In this document: positions 39,188 through 49,742 of the stretch, one piece after another
Position numbering within the stretch: position 1 is the stretch's first letter
Layout of the letters: each line of letters opens with the position of its first letter
Source: Marsupella aquatica
Lineage: Eukaryota > Plantae > Marchantiophyta
Assembly: GCA_973895155.1 (NCBI GenBank)
Contig: OZ316895.1
Coordinates: forward strand, 8,544,184-8,608,183
Length of the DNA: 64,000 nucleotides
Direction: 5' to 3'
Position numbers and translations under genes: made by a program
Notes under the pieces: model-generated
What the model saw: the letters and a program-made list of their open reading frames with translations, nothing else
Databases searched by the model: none
Told to the model about the DNA's origin: nothing

Positions 39188-41443
39188 CTAATATGTGCCT
39201 AGTTTACTGCCAATAATGCCTCCTATGTTTAATGACAGTCCAGAGGACGGTCCTCCTCCATCTCCACCTCCCGGGGGTCCCCCTCCATGAGGACCAAAGT
39301 TGAGGCTGAAGCTGCAGCCATTCATGGTGCAATTCGTCAATGCCTTAATATTTTCAAAAACAGTGTTCATTATTGGATTAACAATGGCTATATTTGGCAG
39401 GCGGGCAATGCCCTTAAATCTTGGGTCCGAACAACTTAAAGCATCCCAATCCATGGACTCAAAGAAAACATCTAAGTCAGTCTCCTTTTCCTCTTCCACA
39501 AAACACGTTGAAAGATCATTGTCCACTGTGCTCAGGCCCCGTTCAGCAGCAAGTGCCACAAGCTCAACGTTCACAGTTGGTGTGACAACTTCTTCACTAG
39601 CCGACACCTCCATAACCGGCTCGACTACTGACTGAAGGAGAGTGGGCTCCACTTCTATCACAGAAGGCAAGCTGGACTCTGCAGAATCAGCACCTGCACT
39701 CACCGAGACAAGAAAAAAACAAGTTATATTCAATTATAAAAGAACCAAGCAAAAGTATGCATGAACAAGTCAACCTACTTTATTACCTTCAGAAGCAAGC
39801 AACTTGGTTCCGTCCTTCAGTTTCTTAGGCAGTGGCTCATCCACTACCGAAACAGCAGTCCCAGACATATCTTCGCGCTTCTCGCCATCAATAAGTGCCC
39901 TCTTGCCCTTTGCTGTCTCCAAAGTCACTGTCTCAGGATAAGCAGTCCCGTCCGAGGCACATCTGAGTGCAGCTCGCACTTTAGCCTATGTGCTGCGGTC
40001 ATACCTCTCATACGCACCCTCGCTTTTGTGTCCTGAGATCTTCATCCCAACCTTTGGTGGAACACCCTCAGCTCCCATACGAGAGATACAAGTGGTGCGT
40101 CCAGTTTTGTTAGAGACACCATCAATACCGAGACCAGCCTCTTGATGCAACACTTTCAGACAAGAGCCAAGGGTCTTCTCACCAAGTCTCGACGTTGAGT
40201 ACCATGCATGCGTCCGCGGGTGGTCAATGCATTGGTAAAACAGAAATGTTGCACTTACAGGCAAATGATGTATTAACATCCGAAATGTATTTACCACATC
40301 AAGGTCATAGTTAATCACAGCAGGTCTGAAATGCTCCTCCTAATATCGATCCATACTCACTCTATAGTTCTTGCTAAGGCGCTCGTCGTACTTCACAAAA
40401 TCACCATGGACATCAGTTGCAAAGATAAAGTCAGCCTTCATAAGATTATACAGTTCTTTACCGCCACGAATACAAAACCGATTCAATAAAAAGAAAACTG
40501 CCCTCCTTTGTAGGCCTCGCGAGTGTGAGACAGAGGTACTTGAATGGGCCAATATGGTGGCCTCGTCTGCAAAAGTAATGACAGAGGCTTTCTTCCTCGG
40601 CACATTAGCGCCTGCCTTCTTCGAACGCTCCATTGCTAACACACAAACCACAGCCACTGGCTTGAAGAGAGGTGAAGATCGCATGTCAAACACTCGCTCT
40701 TCCTTACCTGTCTCAACCACACGCTTCTCCTATTTCTTCCGCAAAATACGGTGAAATGCACAGTAAAGACCCATCAAGGTCTGTGAGGGATAAAGCTTAC
40801 CATCCTTCTTGCAAACCTGTTCAAAGAACTTTGTCAATAGCATCACACAGTCTCGGCCAGGCATTTCCTCGAACGGAAGTGTAGCGTTCCACCCTTTAAA
40901 CTCACGGAACTTACTGAGCCGATTTGCAGCCCATCGATCAACTGCAGCACTCGGATTACTACCACCCTCGGAAAGGGTCCGCTGAAACTCTACATCTTCA
41001 GGTAAGAACTCACAAGAAGTTCCGTTTGGAAGATTCATTGTAAGCTGCTGCGAAATCAAATACTCAAGTGCAATAACATCCGGGTCCCCATTCAGATTAT
41101 GGATGTCTGATTCTGAAACTGAGCAAGAATAGGCACCGGATGAAGTTTTGCCTACTAGATCACAGATTGTTCCGCCAGCGACTGCACCATCGGATGCCAT
41201 TGCCGACATTCCGAGACTGAATGATGGCCCTTGATCCTTGTCCAAGTCTGGTTTCAACGTAAGAAAATCGTTCAGTGAGCCGAAATGAAGCCTCGACCGG
41301 CTGTACAACTTAGTGGCAGAAGACGATCTTATGGAGACAAATGGCGACGAAGAAGCGGCCGAACCTTCATCCTTACCACGAGTGAAAACAACAACAAATG
41401 CAAGAAAATGGGCAACAAAACCTGGGGATAGTTTGGGAGACAT
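39188..41443 (-). pseudogene. Tyrosine recombinase (Crypton/DUF3504-like), ~720 codons, three in-frame TAG stops, one intron
   Basis: ORFs 40730-41443, 40340-40720, 39986-40318 and 39770-39979 share one frame. Intron 39786-39694 (GT-AG, phase 1) joins 39693-39188. Motifs: F..QV.KKDGKLYP..TL...AFHR.L, IRGGKE (Arg), E.LSKN (Lys), W....LGEKTL, NKTGRTT, SGHKS, AYERY (Tyr). The true start may be ATG 41209 or 41200. Confidence 0.85.
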
Positions 41444-41809
41444 TTTGATGAGCCTTCAACCGCAACGTCAATACATAGAACACTGCAGGAAGCTAAGAAG
41501 TATGTTAGTACTTCGGGTAAACCTGGCATGTCTGAGCCTTCGATTATGGCTTCAACGAGCATTCTACAGATATCTGAGCGGGAGACGTTCAGAATAATGA
41601 TCAGTCGCACATCGAGCCTCTCGTTCTCCTACAATAACCGCTGGCGTTCGTAGCTACGCAAACCAAAATTACCTCAACTTACAATGAAATCTCGAGAAGG
41701 AGGCTCGAGGGAGAATTAAAATCCTGAACATGATAAATACCAACAACCAAATCAGTTCTTAAGCCTGAACTGTGATAGAGTGAATCGCGACCATAAGCAT
41801 AAGCATTGA

Positions 41810-41903
41810 GCATTCGACTGATTCTGCATAAAGCGGCATTCGACTGATTCTGCATAAAACAACATTTGACTGATTCTGCATAATGCGGCATTCAACTGAT
41901 TCA
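41810..41903. repeat. ~26-bp tandem repeat (about 4 copies) inside the YR element
   Basis: CATTCGACTGATTCTGCATAA repeated. Confidence 0.9.
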
Positions 41904-43479
41904 ACAGAAGCTATCAAAAGACATTTAAATATAATAGCGCGGTATACATCCAAATGTTTTCGACAGAAAAACCAGACAACTTCGAAGCTGAGATCGCGCT
42001 CCCAATGAACAGTAAAAACTAGTTCATCCACTCGCATTCTCGCAAGCTGACAAACTCCAACCAGCAGCCCGCACCCAGTCGCCCCAGCAGATTGACAAAG
42101 CGCACACGTACCCCGGCCCGCACCACCGCGTCCAGTCGCCCGCAAATTGCCAAAGCGCACACCCCGGCCCGCACCCAGTCCCCTGCAGCTTCACAAGCGC
42201 ACACCCAACGCTGCGGAGACAAACTTGCAGCCTGACGGCATCTCCAAAAAGTGAGACGCTGAATTACTCTTCGCAGACTAAGTAATGCCCGCCCTAGAAT
42301 CACCGACTGGTCCACTGAAATCTGGGCCGTCCATTCTGGGTTGACCGTTGGATGACGATCCACCAACGCCCTAAACCCTAACACTTTGCACCGTTGGATG
42401 TCATTTGAAACTGTTTAGTTTTGAATAGAGGGCTGAGATTGGCCGCGGGTTGAGGAGCCCTGAATGGAGGGTGAAGATTAGCCGTGGGAAGAGAAACCCT
42501 CTATGGAGGGCCAAGATGCACCTAGACACTGACGTCATAATGGAGGGCCATGATTTTCTTGGAGGAGCGTGATCCTGCATGGAGGGCCCAGATTCGCTGC
42601 AGGAAGAGCAGAGCCGACAGCCGCGCAGGGTGGTAAGCTGAAGGTACACTCTCAAATTCATCTGGGCCCTTCAATTTGAATGGAGGGCCGAGATGGCATG
42701 TAGAGACGGGAACGGTGGCGGACACACAGGCTGTAGGATGCGCGCCTTTCAATCTGGGCCGTTTATATTTCTCCGTACGACCCTTAACGCATATTTAGGG
42801 TCCCTTTGTGCCCCTTAATGGGGTATGGGGTCTCCCGTACACCTCCCCGCTCCCGCGGGTCGGCATACGGTCGACCCCAATACCCCATTAAGGGGCACCG
42901 AGGGACCATAAACATATACATCAATGCTCAGGCAAAACAGTCAAACAAATCCAACGGGACAAAGGACAAAACAACATGGGATCCCTTCTTATAGTTGTAG
43001 ATGTGCAAAGAAAGGAAAGAGCCCCATCATTCTTCTTTTTTGTCTATAACTGAATGATTCTTAGCAAATAAAGCTCCAATAATATGAAATACATAATATG
43101 AAATACATCCTGGTCAAGCTCAACCTTGTGTTTCAGGTTTGGAGCCCTACTTTTTAGCCCTGAGATTGTTATGCTCATTTGGTGTGGCAAGAGTGGGGGC
43201 AGAACAGTGTTCTCTGTAAATGCCTCACAATAGGGTGAGATTCCAGGGCCATTGGCATTTTTGGTGAATTCACAAGGTGAGCTGCAACTGCTTGCACTGG
43301 CTGTTCTATTCAGATCTAAAAGACATGGCCAAACAGCCCAATTGTATTCCCAATATGCCAATTTCTTAGTCACGAGATCAAAATTTCACCAGGAGGAATT
43401 AACATGCAGAAGGAAATAACTCAAATGGCCTTTTAATAGAGAATGAGTTCACCTAAGTGGACATTCTTGCAGGCCTCTC

Positions 43480-44470
43480 ACCCACATTTCCTAGCAATCT
43501 TCCCAGAGTCATTGCCAATGACATACAAACCATTAGACTTTCAAACTCAAACTTTCCAGACTTACCTGTTGACCATTTTCATATTATTCTGGTTGATTGA
43601 TTTAGCCCCTGATATGCATCAACAGGACTTCTGAACGAGACTCCCCGATATCATTTGCTGTTAATAAAGCTTGCTCTAAGCTGTAGAGGTACGACAATGG
43701 TCACAAGCAGATAGTCTGGCATAATTGAAGCCATGGACAATTGGCTGGCGAGGTGAGAGAACAACAACTTTAAAATCCAGATTTGAATGGATCAGTGGGA
43801 GTAGCCTTCTGAAATTTTGGTCTTTCGTTTGTGATGATTGTGCAGTGGTGCGTTGACACATTCTGTGGAGGCTTTAGATATATCTTTGAAGGTGACCGTG
43901 CAAGTTTAGAAACCAATATTGTTATGAAAATCCAGACATAGATTAAACTATTCAAGATGGAAGCCTGTGTAGCATGGCATAAGTAGGATATACTTTGGAT
44001 TGATCCTGGACATATGGGCCAAACCTGAGGGAGCTGACTGACTGAACAAAAGTTCAGTTCAACCAGGCCAGTGACCAACGAGAGTTTGGTTGCAATGAGC
44101 CGAAGGCACTAGTTTAAATACTGAACTTACTTCTTGAACAACTAAGTGAAGGGATATCCCCATGGTGAATGCTGAGAGTGAGGTAATGCTCTGGTTAGGG
44201 AATTATTGGCCATAGTATCCCCTCAAACTTGCACTTAGGGGGCATTATGTCCCACCCTGCTCTTCAACCAGGACATGAACCTGTGAATTCGAGAGCTCTC
44301 ACCGACTTGGAAATTGTCCATTTGGGATATTTAAAATTTCAGTTCCAACAACGCCAGCTCAGAAAGGGGCCCCTCATCAGGTACTTTAATGCAAGGTGTC
44401 AACTTCTTTTGTGACTCTTTCATCATAAAAGTCCTGGCTTCTACTTTTACCCATCCTTGGCCTATTGATC
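43480..44470 (-). pseudogene. Scrambled fragments homologous to intron 8 and exon 9 of the collagen-like gene
   Basis: 43480-43810 aligns with 57810-58135. The minus strand at 44250-44460 gives KVEART...NGQF...QVHVLV, versus exon 9 KVEARV...NGQPF...QVHLLL. Confidence 0.6.
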
Positions 44471-45059
44471 CTACGGTACTTCTCCCGCATAATCCATGCT
44501 CCCTGTAGAACTCCCAGTGTCCATTTGTATGTGAAGTTGATGGCAATGGTCTTTTGAGTATTTGTAGAAGAAATGCCTATCCATCAAATATGGATGGAAC
44601 AAGTCAAAGAGTTTAATTTTCATCCTGCACCATATTTCAATTGTCTTTCTCCAACCAGGTTTAGCCCTCTTGCAATACTTTTAATTTTTTGTGTGGGGAG
44701 AAAGGGAAGGAAAGCCTATCCTGGGACAACTACCCGTGCCACTGGCCAGAGGTGGGGGAAACTCTTCTATTTATTGAAAGGAAACTGAAACAAAGCTGAA
44801 CGACCATCAAAGGAAACCAGGCCCAAACCAATAGCCAAAACTGGAGTGAATCCTTATTATTAGAACTATGGAAGTTTAGTTTAGACTAGCCCAAAAATGT
44901 GTGTGTGTATGCAAAGGAAGGGCTCCCATACCCAGGCCTATGGATTCATTCATTCTACAGAGTAGGTTCCGGTCATGAACGGTGGTAGACTTTTATTGCA
45001 AATTATAGTATAGATTTGTTCCTCTGCATTTTTCTCATTTGAACTGATGAGTCAAAATT

Positions 45060-46984
45060 TCATGACAGTCCAGCACTGCAAGCAGCTAACTCATCCCACC
45101 CAATGACTTTTGTTGAGTTCAAATGTGGCACATTGGCAAGTTGCTCATTCACTCTTTCAGCACTGTCCTCCTGTACTTCAAAGTGATGCTCCAATCCTGC
45201 TACAACGGCCTTCATGAAGTACTTGCGCGAAGGGAGAAAGTCTTGGAGCCGACAAATGAAATCAGCATGTGTTCGAGCCTGCGATAATTGAGAAGCAAGT
45301 AGACAATCTCAAGTCACTTTGCAGTCTTTGGATAGTAGATCTAGGCAGTGTCTACAACAGGGCAGCAAGGTTTTTCCTCTGATGCAACGTAAACTGGTAA
45401 TCAATGGTATACCTATCATTTTTAATAACATCTGAAGCACAAAGTCTAATCTCGTGAATATGCTTAGCATGTCCAAGTTAAGAGCCAAAGCAGTAGCAAC
45501 AATTTCACTAAAATTGACCTATCTCCACACAACCACCCTTCACTGGCCTACCACGGAGAATCCACTTGCCTGTCTATACGCAGGTGTTCTTTGTGGGAGT
45601 TTGAGAAGTGCCATGCGTGAATCTTGGTAGTCCCAAAGGAAAGAAGTGTGATGAAGCCACCTATCCTTAATGATAGACTGTGCGTTGCCGCCGAATTTGT
45701 GATTGTTGAACACATAGTCTGCAGTAAATGCCATTTTGTTACATACCAGTCACGTAGTTTGACTCAAGGTCGCACTGGTTGAAGAGGACTATGATATTCA
45801 CGATAGGTCCTGGCAGGAATGTAGCCTGTTATAACGCCAAAACAAGAGTAGAAGAATCTATTGGATCATCATGAAAGACATTGAAAGATAGGAGGAAGAG
45901 AGAAAATATAGCGAGCTTAAGAAAAAGTTGGACAGTCCAGAAATATCGGAAATTATGCAGATAACGCACTTTTTAAGTGACCAAGAGTACTCTAGGTTTC
46001 CAGATATACCAAACAAAAGTGAGCTTCTTGTCAACTTGATTCTGGCCAAATCCATTGGTATAGATCTATACTCAGCATGGGAATGTGTATTATTCATTCA
46101 CATAAGTAATCAGTAATCTCGAAAAGGCTCCAAATTCTGGTAGCAAACATACCATGCTCTCGGAGCTGGAAACCCGGAACATCTTGAAACACAGGAACGT
46201 AGAGCTGCTCCGTCCAGCTCATGATTGGACGAGGGTACAGCTCCAGTGTGGGAACAGCCGAACGACTGCAGATGAAAGTAACAAACAGGGTACCTTCATC
46301 TACAACAACTGTCCCTCCTCCACTGAAGCGCTTGATCACACGAACCCGCTCCTCCACCACCTTCTCGACATGGAGCAGCTGCTCAGGCTTCCTGCAAATA
46401 TTTCGAACGACTCTGATGCTCTGTCATGACACCCCATCCGGTATCCCATCCTGATCATCATACAGTGGGCACCACCACATTCAGTGCCTGTACTATTGCC
46501 GGAATCCAAAATATTTCCCACAACACTGCAAACATTCCTTGGATGATCGGGTCACAAGGAAGTTGACTACATTTATGCATTTATGCTTTCGGTCCTTTAC
46601 AATTCAATTCAGCTTAGCTCAATTCAATTCAATTCAATTCAATTCAATTCAATTCAATTCAATTCAATTACCAACTTAAATTCCACCTCGAATTCGATAA
46701 GCTTGACAACGGACTTAGTATCGATGATGAATTATTCTGCTACGAGATACTTAACCAGAAAGATCTCACAAGCAAATGCCCCTGTTCGTCAACAGTAGGC
46801 TAAAACAGGTTGGCTGCATCCCCTACCCAGAAATGCCCATGACGATTGCCGGAGGAGAGGTGCCATCGTTGAGCACGCACCAGTTGTCCTGCGTGGTGCG
46901 CAGCAAGCGCTCCTCTAGTTGCAGCTGCTGCAGGATCGGCAAGCGCTGCAGCCTCAGCAATCGCATAACAGGCCTTAGCGCCAT
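45060..46984 (-). CDS. LPLA: Lipoate-protein ligase A-like (biotin/lipoate A/B ligase family), 4 exons, ~254 aa
   Basis: Exons 46984-46827, 46391-46153, 45718-45570 and 45278-45060 total 765 nt in one open frame. Motifs QLQLEE.LLR, KRFSGGGTV, KFGGNAQS, HHTSFLWD, P.YR..R.H.DF. Intron 3 is GC-AG. Confidence 0.92.
46601..46668. repeat. (AATTC)n microsatellite in LplA intron 1
   Basis: Run of AATTC units. Confidence 0.95.
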
Positions 46985-47000
46985 TGATTCAGTAGCATGA

Positions 47001-47992
47001 TGATGAGAATGATACTCGCTCGACAGTAGTACTAGTAGTGATAGTAGATCCACTCACTCACACACACACTCATTTACGTGCTTTTCACCCTTGGATGTCA
47101 TTGTTTGCACAATTTTCCATTAGTGATATTGTTGCTTGGTGATGCAACGACTCCTCGAGTGCACTGTGATATGGTAGCCGCTGATGTTCCAAGGTGCCAA
47201 GATGTTGTAAGGAGAGAGATTCACGTGCGGTGTATCACGCTTCCCTAGGGGCCGGAGATCAGCTTTCTTAAGAAGGAAGGGAGTCAAACAAACACACGCA
47301 GACCCTTCCGCAGTGGAATATGGCTTGGAGATGGACAGCTTCAAGAAGAAAACTCTCTACACCCACCCAAACAGCTTTACGGCAGGGTCGGTTGGGATAG
47401 ATTTCCAAATGAGCAACCGCAAAGTGCTTCTCTGCTACTGTAGTAAGAAAATGCCAAGCAGTGCACAAACCCTGGGTGACAGCAGCATCAACCTCCACGA
47501 ACGACAGGCAGACACCAAAAACGCGACCGCAATGGCGAAGAATGACCCCCAGAGACTGGCCCCCCAAGACCAACACGTACTCTTCGCTTGCAAAGATCAA
47601 CCACGCCTCACTACCCGCTGCCGTCAAACACGACACACTCAAGCAGGGAAAAGAGCAACGAGAGATACAAACCTACTCGTCCCGGTCGGACCAACACAAA
47701 TCACCACTCAACCCCTCTCAAACTCTTTCCCAACGATGTACACACTCGGTGTCCACACCTGCCCTCGTCTCTCATCCTTACCCTCGCTCTTCCTTCCGAA
47801 AGCGCATCCGGGAAATTCGCAGTCAGACACGACCAAACCCACCACCATCATCCACCACAATCACACTACAGAACTCAAACCCTCATCGACGACGATCGAA
47901 TAGGCACAACAGTCAAACTCCTAATCCGGGTCGGTCACCACACCCAGCACACAGGCTGAAAGATCGAATCGGGGCTCGGTCCATTCGGTGTG
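47001..47992. repeat. ~1-kb segment (copy 2) immediately upstream of the LplA start codon
   Basis: Aligns to 33569-34662. Lacks a ~75-bp block (copy 1 ~33899-33973) and a ~30-bp block (~34415-34445). Confidence 0.95.
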
Positions 47993-48160
47993 AGAGAGAG
48001 ACTAATGATGGTTTGGTATGGGGTTATTAGTCTCTAACATGTGACCAGAAAGTGAGAAAATACTAGAATAAAATTTTTTGAACTTTGTGGGACTAGGTAT
48101 TTGACTAGAACCGTAGCCCAAACACCCAAACAGTGATTATCATACTGATTATCATACTTA

Positions 48161-49742
48161 ACGAGCTCAATACCCGTGCGTTGCACAAAAGGTGTCATGA
48201 CGCCCAAGATGTACTCAAGAGAAAAGATGTCGAGACGCCCAAGATGTCGTTAACAGAAAAGATGTTGTTGAGACAAAAGATATCAGTACGCCCAAGATAT
48301 CATTAAGAAAAAAGAAGTTGTTAAGTATAAAATGGTTCATAAGTAAAATGATGTCTTCAGTGATATATGTTGTTAAGTACAAAATGGTTCATAAGTAAAG
48401 TGATGTCGTGAGTGATATATGTTGTCAAGTCTCGGTTGCACAAAAGATGTTGTTGGATAAATACATCATTGCATTATTTTACAGTGTTGTTAAATAAAAA
48501 ATGTCGTTAAGTAAAATATGTGGTTGCTCAAAAGATGTTGCGCAAAAGATGTAGTTTACTAAAGATATCATTCAGAGAAAGACATCTACAACTATAATAC
48601 TGCATCCAGCCTCTTTTCGTCCTTTGTCCCTTTATGAAAATCAGAAATGGCGGGAAACAATCATGACCATCCATTGAATTGATTATTTATTTCCCACCAT
48701 CACATGCACACAAACCCATATCATCATCTTTTTTGTTTCACAATAATAGGTATAGTAACACTAATAGGCATAGTAGCATGTTTAAGGTACACCTGCCAAA
48801 AGTACATGCACATAGGACAAAAGACACTTTACACATACCCACAGTACATGCACATGAGACTATTGTACTTGAAAGTACCATGAATGTGTGTTGTACTAGA
48901 ATGTACAACCAATTATTATGCTCCCATAAAAATATAATGTTATGCAATTGATGGGGAGAGTAGAGAGAAACTGCTCGGGAGCAAGAAAAGGGGGAGAGGG
49001 GAAATAAAAGAAAAACAAAAGAAATTAAAGATAAAAGTTAGGATAGGAACAAATATTAGAATGTGGGAAAAGATGATAAAGGGAGAAAAAAATTAATTTA
49101 GTGTTTTTAAACTTCCCAAACATTTAAAAAATATACCTAAATATTTATAAATATATTGTGTCAAAATGATGAGATTTTCACACCCAATGTGACAAAATTC
49201 TTTATAGTTTTTAATCATGAATGGCTTACAAAATTTTCCATATATAGTCTTAAGGTCTTACTTGGAAGCAAATCTCTTTCTCACATTGCCATCTTTATCT
49301 CACCTGAGCATCTTTTATCTACTCAACATCTTTTTCTTTACTCAAGGTCTTTTCTCACCTTGACATCTTTATCACATCACACCATCTTTTTCTCAGTGTC
49401 GAAATCTTTTCTCATCTCGCCATCTTTTTCTCACCTTGATATCTTCATCATATCTCAACATTTTTCCTTCACCCTTGCCATTTTTCTCTCTCCTTGACAT
49501 CTTTCCTCACCTTCATATCTTTCTCTCTCATCAACATCTTTTTTCAACTCAACGTCTTTAATTTCCTCATCTCAACATCTTTTGTGTAATGCATAGATTC
49601 TTTTCTCTCCTTGATATCTTTTTCGCACCTTGATTTCTTTCCTTCACCTTGACATCTTTTGCTCTTATTAACATATTTTTTCATCTCGACGTCCTTTCCT
49701 CACCTCAATATCTTTTGTGCAACGCACAGGCATGGGGCTAGT
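48161..49742. mobile_element. Foldback element with inverted Helitron-3'-like ends
   Basis: Left end ACGAG...CCCGTGCGTTGCACAAAAG and right end CTTTTGTGCAACGCACAGGC...CTAGT. The left arm is built of AAGATGT-type repeats and the right arm of ACATCTT-type repeats. Confidence 0.75.

Larger units (their letters stand above)
38680..42920 (-). mobile_element. Crypton-like tyrosine-recombinase DNA transposon with subterminal inverted repeats and a terminal hairpin
   Basis: Encodes a YR (next feature). 13-bp inverted repeats CGTTAAGGGTCGT (38799-38811) and ACGACCCTTAACG (42777-42789). ~125-bp hairpin at 42791-42915. Candidate short direct repeats ATACA (38679-38683 and 42916-42920). No RT domain. Confidence 0.75.

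Noticed and set aside
39188-41443. YR as a DIRS retroelement or phage/bacterial contamination
   Set aside because: There is no RT/RNase H or phage gene nearby, it has a spliceosomal intron, and it is embedded in plant sequence with Crypton-type motifs.
47313-48030. 196-aa and 189-aa + strand ORFs in the duplicated segment
   Set aside because: The frames are not preserved in the other copy (33569-34662), there are no recognisable motifs, and they are antisense to the likely leader.
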